Shown in pieces: positions 48,139 to 60,499 of a DNA stretch of 64,000 nt (position 1 is its first letter; each line of letters opens with the position of its first letter). The DNA is from Sphyrna mokarran (taxonomy: Eukaryota). The stretch is from assembly GCA_024679065.1 (NCBI GenBank), contig JAGIQG010000014.1, forward strand, positions 19,034,001 through 19,098,000, written 5' to 3'. The notes beneath the pieces were generated by a model, which was not told the DNA's origin, ran no database searches, and was given only the letters and a program-made list of their open reading frames with translations. A program made the translations under genes and the position numbers.

Positions 48139-49719
48139 ATTTCTGCTTTAAATGTTGAAACAATGAACATTGTTCTAAAGTGATTTAAATCAGCTACATA
48201 TTCACACAGATAAATGAGTCAGTAACCCTGAAATTCCAAAAGAGAGATTTTAAGGACAGATCTAAGGCAAGGCGGAGCTTCATCCCATCCCAGGGTTTTT
48301 GAGACTTCTGCTTCTCCAAGTGCAGTGAGTTGCTTTGTGATGGGTCGCTGCAGGGGAATTGGCATTTGTTCAACTCAGTGATCGCACCTCTGCCTGCACA
48401 TGTTGCTCTGGGAGCAGGGGAGTACACGTGTGTGTGCATGCGTGTAGGTAGGTGGGAAGGTGTCTGGGGGGGAGGGGGGGGATGGTGGGGAAGAAGAATA
48501 GAGAGGATGCAGAGAACCTGTGAACATTACAGCAGATGATACCATCCCACAAGTCCCACTTCTCTCATATTCTCTTTCATGTAAAGGGGTTTCTTTCAGG
48601 TTATTAATTCTTGAGCTCAAGATCATTCAGGATTCATCCATCCTCCCCTCATACGTCTCCTCAACTCCAATCTATTAAAACACAAGCATGTATTAAAATC
48701 TACCAACAGTCAGGTTTGGAGACTGTTAGTTGGTTGCATTAACAATGGAACAAATTATATGAAAATATATTATCCGTGAATAAGATCGCCTTCTGGTGGG
48801 AGCTCCAGATTTTGCTCAGTCCACTGACACGAGCTTCAAATTGACTGGACAAGAGAGTGAAAAGATACTATTACATCTAGCTCCAAATTCCTTCCTGCTG
48901 TTCAGATTGGATGATTTGTTGCCTAAATGGAGGAGTTTGAGGGCTAACGTTACAAACTTTCTCCAAATAAATAATAGAATGAGGGTGTTTAGATACTTAA
49001 TACATTATACTTTATAAATTAGCATCTGTATACATCTGCTGATCTAATTGTCTAGATAAGCTGTTTTCATCAGATCTTGTCTAGGTGCCTATTAATCTTG
49101 TTACTGGGCAAAATTTGCATCTCATTGTGTCTTTAGAAAGCTGGCCAGTGTTGTCATTAGGCAGATTTCAAGCTGTTGCAGGCCAAACGCAATCTATTAG
49201 GTGTTTTAAAATTCTTGTCACTGCTGTTGCCAGGCACTCCCTCACAATCCCTTACCCACCTCACAATCTTTCTCTCATTTTCCCTTTCAGAGATGCCAGT
49301 GAGTTATGCTTGGGCTCACCTTGACTACACTGCCCTTCCCCATCTCCCCTTTGTGGGCTGTGAGTTGAACAAGCAGGGTCTAAAGCACATTACTGGAACT
49401 TTGCCTAACCTGTGAGATGTCTTGGTCCTGTGCTCAAAAAATGCCTAATGCTGACAATGGAGTAAATTTGATGTTATGGCCACAGTTTCACAAGGCCAGA
49501 ATGCCTATCAGAAATCAAAACAGTTGGTCACCAGAGGACAGTGGAATTTGCTCCAACATTAAAATGAATGAATTGTTAAAACTTAACATAATAGCTTTTT
49601 AATTCTCCAGCACTGATTTTGTTCACCTTGACAAAAAAGGGAGTTATTGGTCATGGGACAGAGTAATATCCAACATAGACATAACAAATTACAGCTCAGT
49701 TCAGGTACTAGCAATGGCA

Positions 49720-50120
49720 GTACTCTTAGGAGGCTATAGCTTTAGAGATTTGAACATGAAGCATTGGCACTCAATATCATTGTAGTGTTAAAAAAAGATG
49801 CAGCATCAAAGCTAAGCATCTTCTTGTGGATGAGACAAGGCACCAAATAGCCTCTCAATGGACATGTAAGATCCCATGGTACTATTCCTAAAAGGAACAA
49901 GAATTTTCTCCCCAGATACTGATCATCCCTCAACCAGTATCATTAAAAGACTATCTGGTTATCTATCTCATTTCTATGCGTGGGACTTTGTAAATTGATT
50001 GCCAAATACTTCACATAACAAGTTTCACAAACTTGTTTAAAACAATTAACAGCTCTTAATGGACTGTGAGACACATTGGAACAACCTGAGGTTCTGGAAG
50101 GTGCTGCATAAATGCAAATA
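49720..50120 (+). mobile_element. Deu-domain SINE, old
   Basis: agatcccatggtactatt, tccctcaaccagtatcattaaaagactatctggttatc, ggtgctgcataaatgca. Confidence 0.7.
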
Positions 50121-51055
50121 ATTCCTCCCCTTGTCCAATATTCATGGCAATGGACTAATCAGGTAAATCTCAGGATTGACAAAGAATTGTTAACCTCCGA
50201 GGACAGTTCAAATAAGATCTGATGTACTCAAAAAATAGGCATTGGAAACAGTAAATCTATTCAAATTGGATCACTGCTCCACATGAAGTATTTATGATGA
50301 ATAAATAAACAATCAAGTAGGATTTATGTTAAAAAGAAAAGCATCTAAATTATGCATTCCAAGACACAGGGTCATGGCAATTCTCCTGAAGTGATAGACC
50401 AGTCATTGTTGAACTGGAGTGGTCCTCACTCTTACTTCATGGCAATGCCCACTGATGTAACTCTATCGTAATATGGTAATAAAACAATGCAAAGTGTTAT
50501 GAATATTTAAATAAATATATATATATTGTTTCCTGCTAGGTTTGTTGTTTCACAGTGAGCTGATTTAACTGTAATGATTTTTTTTAATGAAGCCTGCTTC
50601 TCATTCCCTTTTATTAAAAAAAGAGATGAGTTTGAGGGTGTCGTTTAATAGATTCACAAATTTGCTGCAGTTTGGTTTGATATGTTGCGCTGTTATTGCT
50701 ATGAATTAAAAAAAACAGATAATTTTATCTTCAATAATCCTGTCACATTTACTGATGCGGTGTCAATTTTCAAAGCGGAGACTCCTAGATATGAACCTAA
50801 TTGTTAATTTTGATTTGAGCAGTGTTTGTCCTTAAAAAGACATTTGCCTGACGCTTTCTCCCTTGCTAATGGTTTAATCCATTGGTATCTGCTTTGGCTG
50901 ATTTTGATGATTTTTTTTAGAAAAAGACCTCACAAGGTTGAAGAAGGTAAGTGAAAACATGTCTTTCATCTGGTAAGAATGTGAGAAGCATAACTATTTC
51001 CCCATACCACCAAATCCAGATGAAGATTCAAAAATGTTGGCTGTCAGGACATCAT

Positions 51056-51175
51056 AAGAAGCCTCACAACACCAGGTTAAAGTCCAATAGGTTTATTTGA
51101 TAGTAAACCCACAAGCTTTTGGGATTTGCCCCTTTGTCAGGTGAGTGGAGAGTTCTCACCTGACAAAGGAGAGCT
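51056..51175. mobile_element. Penelope-like terminal fragment with inverted junction
   Basis: cacaacaccaggttaaagtccaataggtttatttg motif; perfect hairpin cctttgtcaggtgag...ctcacctgacaaagg. Confidence 0.8.
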
Positions 51176-51714
51176 CATTAGTGCTCCAAATTCAATGATG
51201 CACTTTCTTTTGGATTGTACTTGCCATTGTGCTCTAAGGAATCTTCTACCAATTTGCATATAGACTTGTCCTAAAAACAGCAATGGGATAAATTTGTTCT
51301 TAGTATTGTTTGGTCACAACAGGATACTAGAAGAACTCATCTGTATTTCTTCTAAGATGCCATGGAATCCTTCTGTGCCCACCTGGAAGGTTGAACATCT
51401 CATTTTAAAGATGACAAGCTCCAGTAAGCGCAGGTCCATCAATCTAGCTCTCCTCTTGGCTGAGATTGTGGGAGATTCCTTTAAAGGAGAGAGATAAATA
51501 ACTTCAGAAAATTTCTTGCCAAAGCAAAATCAAGGTTTCACATGTCAGGCAAGTGTACATGGGCTATTATTCAGTACATTAAAGGCAAAGCCACTTCTAA
51601 AGTTTAGAGATCTAATTTATAAAGGGAAATTTAAAATAAAAACTGATCATAATTCTACTGGAGAATTGAAAGCACATGGCCCAGGTACTTAGATAGTGAT
51701 TTCCATCAGGATAG

Positions 51715-51840
51715 AAAAGGAGACTCACTATGTTAACTCTGCTTCTCTCTTCTTACAGATACTGCCAGCCCTGTTGTGTTTTTCCAGTACATTCTGCTCT
51801 TATGTTTCAGATTCCAGTATCTGCAGTATTTTGCTTATTA
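51715..51840 (+). mobile_element. Short interspersed repeat end (as 14765-14860)
   Basis: acagatactgccagccctgttg...tttccag...tctgcagtattttgctt. Confidence 0.6.
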
Positions 51841-52077
51841 TAGAAATAGTATGATATGTTTGATGAATTCATATATCTAATGTGAATCTTTCTTTGATAG
51901 AACCATACAACAGTAATGGAAGCAAAGTCACAGGTAAGTTCTGCAGAATGTTTTAGTCCAAAGTTACACATTCATAAAATGTACCTGGGCAACACAGAAA
52001 TAGTAATTCCTTGACAAGTTTTTCAGTTACTTAAAGGTTGTGAGAGCTAAATTAGCCACTGAACATGTTGAATTGAC

Positions 52078-52297
52078 TTTTAGCCCAGTTGGCTGGACAG
52101 CTTGTTAGTGATGCAGAGTGATCTCAACAGCAAGGGTTCAATTTCCATACCAGCTAAGGTTATTCATGAAATCCGCACCTTCTCAAGCTTGCATCTTGCC
52201 TAATGTGTGATGATCCTCAGGTTAAATCACCACCAGTCAGCTCTCCCCCACAAAGGAGAGAGCAGCCTTTGGTCATCTGGGACTTTAGTGATTTTAC
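52078..52297 (+). mobile_element. tRNA-derived SINE
   Basis: ttagcccagttggc (A-box-like), gggttcaatttc (B-box-like); homologous to 6105-6257. Confidence 0.75.
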
Positions 52298-52846
52298 CAG
52301 AAGGAGCTAAATTGTAATTTTTAACAAAATCCCTCGGGAATGGGATTCATGGAGAGTGGAAGTGACCAATAACTGTGGTTAAGTCACCTCTGAGTTATAT
52401 GTTGGTTGTCAGGATGAATGATATTATGAAGTTGTGGGGATCTGGGAGTGGTTTCTCAGGAGTTTATTTTGCCTGTGATTGATGGTTTGCCTCAAGGGAT
52501 TGAAGGGATCAAACTGAGTGGTCCAGACTGACAGCAACTGAAACTCAGTTCCGTTTCATTCTTTTTCCTTATATCGTGCACAGGGCAAAGTTAAAAGCTG
52601 AAATTATAATATCACACTGGTGGAATCTGGAATCCTACCATTAGGACATGTTTATGTTATCATCAATGAGCGCCCAGAAAAATTGTAATTGCTGGTTCTG
52701 CTTTTGGGCCAATTTACAGCTATAACTGCAGGGCAACTGATGGCATTTCCCACTGAATTGTTACATACTATGGAATAAAGTGCACTGTGCAGATTTGGAG
52801 ATGGCCAGGTAGAGTGAGCTACATCAGTAAATCTCTGGTAAAGCAA

Positions 52847-53002
52847 TTTTGAGAGATAATGTCATTGATTCATTTACCTTCACTCTCATTGTAGTAGGTT
52901 CTTAGGTGCCAAGCAATCTGTGCATTATAATGAGATGTATTTGACGGCAAAATGTCCTACATCCTACCGTGGGCTAGGTTCTCTTTTTCAGAAGCAGTTT
53001 CA
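52847..53002 (+). repeat. Copy 1 of a ~156 bp direct repeat
   Basis: Aligns end to end with 54477-54633 at roughly 85 percent by eye. Confidence 0.93.
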
Positions 53003-53715
53003 AGGGTCTACTATCCATTCTCCAAATAAAATGGTCACCCAAGGAAGGGAACCATTTCAATTATCTGTTAAATAATACAAAGATAACTATTTTATCAGGC
53101 TTTTTGTGGGGGCTACTTTACCAGAGACTTATCTATGTAGGTCATTCACCCTGGCTACTAGGGATTTCAATACTCGGTAGGGTGCACGCAAAGGAAAAGC
53201 TAATATTCAGAGTGTCTGACTATGTGCTACTTCTCAGGACAGACTGAAAAACAGCAAAGGTAGAAGGCCTGGGAGCAGCTTTGCTTTCCATCTTCTCAAC
53301 CTAGGACAGGTGCATGGCACAGAGCAGTCAACAATATGGCAAAGTGATAAAATATACCACCTTAAGAATGTTCCTATCATGATTTTGTGGGAAATGCACC
53401 AAACGACATCCTGTTGAGCCAAATAGACAAGTCACATCTCAGTTTTGGTCTGGGCCAATTTAAATGGTTTTAGCTGGAGCATCAGTGGAGGTACTATAAG
53501 TAACCTCAGTATCTCTCATCTGAAGGAAAAAAGGACATCATACATATAACCAACTACAACTAGTGACTCCTCCTCTCTGACCCCTATAGAAAGAGCATGC
53601 ATCCAAGGGTGCAGATGTACATACAAAGTTATTGGGTGAGCACAACAAATGTCTCACCTGTGATGGGTCCCATGACTAGTCTGCCCACATCAGACCTTTG
53701 ACAATAAATTACTAT

Positions 53716-54005
53716 GTGGCACAGTGGTTAGCACTGCTGCCTTAGTGCCAGGGACACGGTTTCGATTCCTGGCTTGGGTCACTGTCTATGTGGAGTCTGC
53801 ACCTTCTCCCAGTGTCTGCGTGGGTTTCTTCCAAGTGCTCCAGTTTCCTCCCACAGTCCAAAAGATGTGCTGGTTGGGTGCATTGACCACGCTAAATTCT
53901 CCCTCACTGCACTTGAACAAAGTGTGGCAACTAGGGGATTTCCCCAGTAACTTCATTGCAATGTTAGTGTAAATTTACTTATGACACTAATAAATAAGCT
54001 TGAAA
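53716..54005 (+). mobile_element. V-SINE (non-CR1 tail)
   Basis: tRNA head, V domain, tail cagtaacttcattgcaatgttagtgtaaatttacttatgacactaataaa. Confidence 0.9.
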
Positions 54006-54476
54006 ACTTAGAGGTCCAGTACCTTGCAAATGAAGAATGAAAGTCACTGAAAAGCTAATGGTGCCATTCAATCCATAATCCAGCAGGAGTTGCCTCCTTT
54101 AATAGGAGAATAACAAAGGAAGGAAGATGAATGAATTGTGGTGTTGACGGATGTGGGGAGGAGCAGCTTGGAAATGAGGAGTGAAAATTAAAAGAATGAA
54201 AACATGTCCAATCTCCCCTTTAACTTCTTGTGACCAAATTATCCGCAGAGCAGGAATCAGCAATTTGTGAGCTATAGCATGCTGTATTTATTTTCAGAGC
54301 ATACCGCATCAAAGTGATATAAATGCTCATGAAGAGTTCCTACAATGGCAGCAGCAAATTATGTAGGTCAGTAAATTAAAGGCAACCCGCCACATTAACA
54401 GCACAAAATCGGATTTACATGGGATCTAAAACCTCATTTGAAGTCCGTGCATTTATCACAGTATTTAAATAGAAAG

Positions 54477-54633
54477 TTTTAAGAGATAGTGTCATTGATT
54501 TATTTATCTCCACCCTCATTATAACAAGGTCCTTAGGTGCCTTGCAATCTGTGCATTATAATGAGGTGTATTTGATAGCAAAATGTCCTACATCCTACTG
54601 TGGGCTAGATTCTCTTTTTCTGAAGCAGTTTCA
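54477..54633 (+). repeat. Copy 2 of the ~156 bp direct repeat, with internal hairpin
   Basis: cctcattataa (54514-54524) pairs with ttataatgagg (54556-54566). Confidence 0.93.
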
Positions 54634-55100
54634 GTGAACTAACAGTCAATTGGTGAAATGACACATTTTCTGGCACTCAGATGAGGGGTGGGAGGGGGGA
54701 TGATTGGGGGCAGTGGCAGAAGGAACGATCACTAAAATTGTCTTTAGTAACCCTGGGCTAGGGAATCACAATATCAATGTATATATTAAGGTGTCTTGTT
54801 TCTATTAAGTGAAGTCCAGTGGGAAGTTGTGTGCTCATGGGTTTTGGGTGAAGTGTATAAACCCACAGTAAAATAGTCCACCTGAGAGAACTGAAATGGC
54901 AAGACAGATAGCTTCTTTAAAACTCCCCAAGCCTGCTAGGTATAGTGAGTATAAGTCTAACTCTTCTACTGTCACAAACTGAATGGCAATATGTAATCCG
55001 TGCCAAAGAATCAGAGGACAAAACCCAATAACAAACAGATTAAAGAGCCTTACATTAAAGGGTAGTGTTTTTTATTAATTAACATCAACACATAGGAATA

Positions 55101-55448
55101 GGGAGGCAGTGGCATAGTGGTATTGTCATTGGATTAATAACCCAGAGACCTACCAGGCTGGCCCCAAGTCTGAGGACCCGAGTTTGAATCCCATCACTGC
55201 AGATGATAAAATTTGGATTCAGTAAAACTGGAGTTAAAAGTCTAATGATGACGTGAAACCAATTGCTCTAAAAACCCATCTCGTTCACTAATGTGAAATT
55301 AGTCCTTTGGGGAAGGAAATCTACCGTCCTTACCTGGCCTCCATGCAACTCAAGACCAACAGATTGACTCCTAAATGTCTTCAGGGATGAACAATAAATG
55401 CTGGTTCAACCAATGATGCCAACATCCCAGTAATGAATTTTTAAAAAA
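55101..55448 (+). mobile_element. tRNA-derived SINE with LINE-derived tail
   Basis: Homologous to 30155-30497. Confidence 0.85.
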
Positions 55449-55685
55449 GCAACACTAATGCTGTTAGATTTGGAGAAGTACAATGAAGTTTCCTTTGAGC
55501 TGTAAGATAGAACTTTCAGTGTATGTTTATTTTCATGATATTTCACATCTTAATTTTCTAACAGGATCGGGAATACCATGGGAGGAGAAAAAGTGCCAAG
55601 AGCAACATGCTTGGCTCCAAGGATCAGGGAGATGAAGAAAGATTAGGGAAACTTATAATATGAAAGTGATTAAGGCCCATTTGAT

Positions 55686-55998
55686 GGGCAACACGACAGT
55701 TCAGTGACTATCGCTGTGCTGTGCAGATACATGGATTTGGGCCTGTGTCTGTGGGAGTTTGCGCATTCTCCCCGTGCTTGCGTGGGTTTTCTCTGGGTGC
55801 TTCGGTTTCCTCCCACATCCCAAAGATGTGCTCTTAGGTTAATTGGCAAAACAAATTCTCCCTAAACTGTCTCAAATTTCGTTTTTTAATCCATAGATCT
55901 ATAAACATAGACAGGGATCGCAGGTAGAGGTGGGAACATCGGGGTGGCGGCGTGGGCTCGTTGGGCCATGCTGTTTTGTTCTTTGTTCTTTGTTCTTT
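55686..55998 (+). mobile_element. HE1-type V-SINE with CR1-like tail
   Basis: V domain tctccccgtgcttgcgtgggttttctctgggtgcttcggtttcctcccaca; (TTTGTTC)n tail like the CR1 at 6822. Confidence 0.85.
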
Positions 55999-57002
55999 GC
56001 ATGTGTTGAGGAGCAACACATCAAATTATATCAATATGATAAACAAAGAATATTACTTCAAATGAAAATAAGCAAAATCTTTGCATCACGGGACAAAATT
56101 TAAACCAGTGAAAAGTTAGTTTAAATGCAGATACAGGGAGGAAACTCTGGTACTCAAATTATTATAAATGGACAAAGCAGGAAGCTAAGGAGCCCAATAT
56201 AGGAAGGAAAGACAGGCTTTTACTCAGCTTGATCACATGTCTCAGAAATGTCTCCCAGCACTGTAATCAGATGGCAGGCAGCTCTCTCATCCTATAGTGG
56301 TCACTGCTGGGACTGCAGGCCATCCCCAGTGATGAATGTTGCTGGAGATAGATAAGAATATAAGTTGGGGTCTTCCCCTGGGTCCCGGAAAAGATTGGGA
56401 GATTGGGTTCAGGAGGGCAAAGTGGGGGAAATGTGGCAGGGAGGGGTTCCATTGACCATAGGACCCCCGAACAGGTAGGCCCACTTCATCCCACAAAATA
56501 GCTGCATGTGGCATGAACTCCTTCTGCTGCTGATAAGATATTAGCGAGGAGGACCTTCAGATGCCCTGAATTGACTTTATAAGAACTCAATTAGCACGAG
56601 AACATGTAAGTCACTTGACATCTCCCCACCACTGGTAAAGTGCCAGTGGAGTGTGTAGGCAACGTGCATGAGTCACTACTATGGCACCCAATTTTATGGC
56701 GGCCACCCCAACCGCCCACCTGCCAGCCCACTCCCAAGAGTGCGATAAATTTCCAGCCAGAGAATTATTTTGAGGTACAGCCACTGTTGTGTGGGAAGAC
56801 ATGAACACCAGGAAGATTCCATGGACAGTAGTGAGACAGTCTGTATTTTCAATGGCAGAGGTTAAGTTGAAGACATTGCCAGGATACCAGCTAAGATCCC
56901 TGTTCATCTACAGATAACATTGTTATCTTTAACTTGCAATCGTGAACAAGCTATTAAAACAAAAGTAAATAAAAAGAAGTTTATCAGAAAAATATAAAAG
57001 GA

Positions 57003-57218
57003 TGTCAGAGGGTGGTGAGTAAGTGGAATTGGCTGCCGTCGGTGGTGGTAGAGGTGAACTCGCTGAGGTCTTTTAAAAGACTTCTGGATGAGTACATGGG
57101 ATTTAATGGGATTGAGAGTTGGAGATAGTTCTGTGGTCTGATAGGTATGGATATGATCGGCACAACTTGTGGGACAAAGAGCTTGTTTGTGCTGTAGTGT
57201 TCTATGTTCTATGTTCTA
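57003..57218 (+). mobile_element. CR1 3' end (family of 39820-40212)
   Basis: Closely matches the reverse complement of 39820-40030. Confidence 0.92.
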
Positions 57219-57224
57219 TAATAT

Positions 57225-57356
57225 TCCTTCTTTGATAACACTACATTCTGCACATCCTTTCCTTCTCTATGAACGGTATGCTTTGTCTGTATAGCGCACG
57301 AGAAACAATACTTTTCACTCGATAATAATACATGTGACAATAATAAATCAAATCAA
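57225..57356 (+). mobile_element. Rex1-like LINE 3' UTR
   Basis: Matches 1660-1786, ending tacatgtgacaataataaatcaaatcaa. Confidence 0.85.
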
Positions 57357-57769
57357 TAATGAAGAAAATATTTAACTCCATTAGACACATCAACTAAATT
57401 CTTGCAGTGTGCCTAGGATTTTAATACCAGAACCTTAATCACATTTCTCAGCAACATCACAAAATGCGTCATGTGTACGATAAATTACTTTGATTTGCAA
57501 GATCTCGTGTCATCACCAGGGTGTTTAGAAAAGAACACAGCAGATTACTTTTGCTGGTCCTGATGTCATTTTCAGGAATATTACTCATCAATTGCTGTAA
57601 AATATCAGCATGAAATCTGTTGTTTATCTCCGATTCATTACTGACTACTTTTCACCTCACTCTTAGAAAATACACTTCCTCATTTACATAACAACCTCCT
57701 GCCTCACAAGGGGGTGGGGGGAGGAATTTTCCTGTCACATTACAGCTGTAAATTGATGTGAAAACTACT

Positions 57770-58400
57770 GGGGGTGATTTTGTGCCCACATTTATCATGA
57801 ACACAAACAGCTAGCCAGGCACAAAATCTCACAAGAACCGGAAAATGAGATTCTTCACCAGCAAGATCTCATTTTCTGCCCCTTACTGGTGATGTATAGA
57901 GGTTCCCGTTCTTACATTTCAATGTATTTTAATAAATTTGAATAGATTGGCAGGCCTCTCCACCATAAGTTCCCCTATGTTTAAAACTTACCCCCTCGCC
58001 AATGTAACACCATGTCAGCAAAGTATAACAGGTATTTAAAAACATGAAACAGTCAAACAGGATGTGGAAGGAGCATACAATAAGTAAAGCCCCCCTGCAG
58101 AGGGGGGAGGGATGGAGGGGAGAAGAGCAATCGGGTACCACCAACTGGCACACCCCAGCACAGCCATGCCAAGGGACCAGGAGTTCCATTGAGGTGAGTG
58201 TGTGTGTGTGTCTGTGTGTGTGTGTGTGCGCATCTGCTGGGAATTGGGGACAGGAAAGATTTTCCATATCCATGGAAGGATCCGGGGGAGTATTCCTCTT
58301 CTCACAGATCAGGACACACTTCAAAACAAGAGTGCCCGATCTCTGTGGAGCCAGCGTAGCTAGTTCCATCAGGCCCCAGCCACCAGCGTTGTAGCATCAG
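57770..58400. mobile_element. Non-autonomous DNA-transposon-like repeat containing a (GT)n tract (58197-58229)
   Basis: Begins gggggtgattttgtgcc with internal palindromes (attttgtgcc/ggcacaaaat; gaaaatgagat/atctcattttc). Confidence 0.5.
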
Positions 58401-59189
58401 ATGCCAGCAGCAATTCCTTTTACTCTGCTTTTCTTGCCAGGGCCAGTACTTAGAGAAAATATTGGAACATTTTGTTCTACGTGTCCTTTGAAAAGGATTG
58501 AGCATAAAAGTAGGCGTGACCATATATTTTTGAAGTAATTAGTTTCAAAACATTTAAAGGGCAAAAGTTGCACAAGTTTTCCATTCTGAATGAATGATGG
58601 AATAGGTTCAAGCAGCTGGAAGACGTACTCTTATTTCTAGTGTTTCTGTGCTAAGTAGAAATTAATGTAAATGGAGAGAGAGGATGTAGAAATATTTGAA
58701 AAGTGTTGGAGGCACATGGAAAAAAATTATCAGCACAGGCTTGATTGCCTGTTCCAGCATTGCAATATTCTTTATCATTCAGGAATGATTGATGTGATAG
58801 ATAGCAGTGTTGGTGTAGAACGGTTACTGTGCCTGAGAGTGACACTTGTTTGGAAGGATTACCATCCTTGGTCATGCAACTACCGAGGAAGTATGCATCC
58901 CATAACATTTTTAGTTCTTGTTGTTCCCCCACCTTGGCGCTCCTGCCTCTGACACCAATACGAAATGGCTGATGGATATGCAGGCTGATTAGCGTTGTAA
59001 CGGGCTGCAAGATGAACATTCCTTCCATGGTCATTACCATGATCAACCAGCAGATAGTCTGTTTCATGCATTCCCATCATCCATGCCAGCACCCATACCC
59101 ACTGACTGCTAGAATCCCATTGGATTTCAGCCCAGGATTTAGAGCTGGAGCTTCCCCAAAACTGACTGCAATATGATTCAAACCTCACA

Positions 59190-59994
59190 ATAGAACATAG
59201 AACATAGAACATTACAGCACAGAACAGGCCCTTCGGCCCTCGATGTTGTGCCGACCAAAAATAAAAAGCAATGCCCCTCCTAACTAAACCATTCCCTTCT
59301 CATCCATATACTTATCAACTAACCTCTTAAACGCCACCAAACTTGGCGCATCTACAACAGCTGCAGGCAGGGCATTCCACTCCTAATCACTCTTTGAGTA
59401 AAGAACCTACCTCTGATATCCGTCCTATAACTCATACCCCTTAATTTAAAGCTGTGTCCCCTCGTGCTAGCTTTCTCCATCCTAGGAAAAAGGCTATCAC
59501 TGTCCACCCTATCTAAAACTCTAATCATCTTATATGTTTCGATAAGGTCCCCTCTTAGCCGCCTCCTTTCTAACGAAAACAACCTCAAATCCCTCAGCCT
59601 CTCTTCATAAGACCTGCCCTCCATACCAGGCAACATCCTGGTAAACCTCCTCTGTCCCTTCTCCAATGCCTCCACATCTTTCTTATAATGTGGGGACCAG
59701 AACTGCACACAATACTCCAAGTGCGGCCGCACTAGAGTTTTGTACAGTTGCAACATGATGCTGCGGCTCCTAAATTCAATCCCCCTACCAATAAAAGCTA
59801 AGACTCCCTATGCCTTCTTAACAACTTTATCCACTTGACTGCCTACTTTCAGGGATCTATTGACACATACACCAAGATCTTTCTGTTCCTCAACACTATT
59901 AAGAGCCCTACCATTAGCCCTATACTCTACACATTTATTGTTCCTGCCAAAGTGCATTACCTCACACTTTTCCACATTAAACTCCATTTGCCAC
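59190..59994 (-). mobile_element. Young CR1 3' fragment
   Basis: Near-identical to the reverse complement of 43698-44505; cacaat duplicated at 59186-59191 and 59992-59997. Confidence 0.97.
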
Positions 59995-60499
59995 AATGTC
60001 TGAATCCGAGGGAGAAATGTTGCCAATGATATGGATGAAGAGAAGTTCCAAATCCCAGTAGTGCAGGTTAAACAGGATTGCCAGTGTAATACCTGACATG
60101 ATACCTAGGAAATGTTATAATGCCTATTATCTCACTGGCAAGCAAAGATTACCACATTGAATAGCATTTTGGGTTAGAAAGGGTTACCATGGGTGATAGT
60201 AATATTTGTCAGGAAAGTTACCAAGTCCTGGTTATTGATACCAAACTGCAGCAAAAACTGCAAAATATAGATCTCAAGTATTCAGCGTTTGATGAGAATG
60301 TGCAACTCATTACCACAAGGAGTATCTAAGGTGAATGATGTAAATGCATTTAAAGAGAGGTTAGGTAAATATACAAGGAATAAGAGTGTATTTTGATAAG
60401 ATGAAGTGGTATAAGGTACTGGGAGGCTCCTGAAAAGATGTATCTCCATTGGGCTGAATGACCTGTTTCAATTTCAATGTAAATCTCCTGAGGAATTTT

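Noticed and set aside
49289-49296. 8 nt segment between a strong acceptor and gtgagt
   Set aside because: It would break the frame of the candidate micro-exon chain and has no independent support.
55545-55655. Strong acceptor ttttctaacag followed by an open stretch
   Set aside because: The downstream sequence reads like a decayed CR1 motif (EKVxRAT...EERL) and no donor is evident.
58651-59067. 138 aa minus-strand ORF
   Set aside because: No recognisable motif or convincing splice context; length is compatible with chance.
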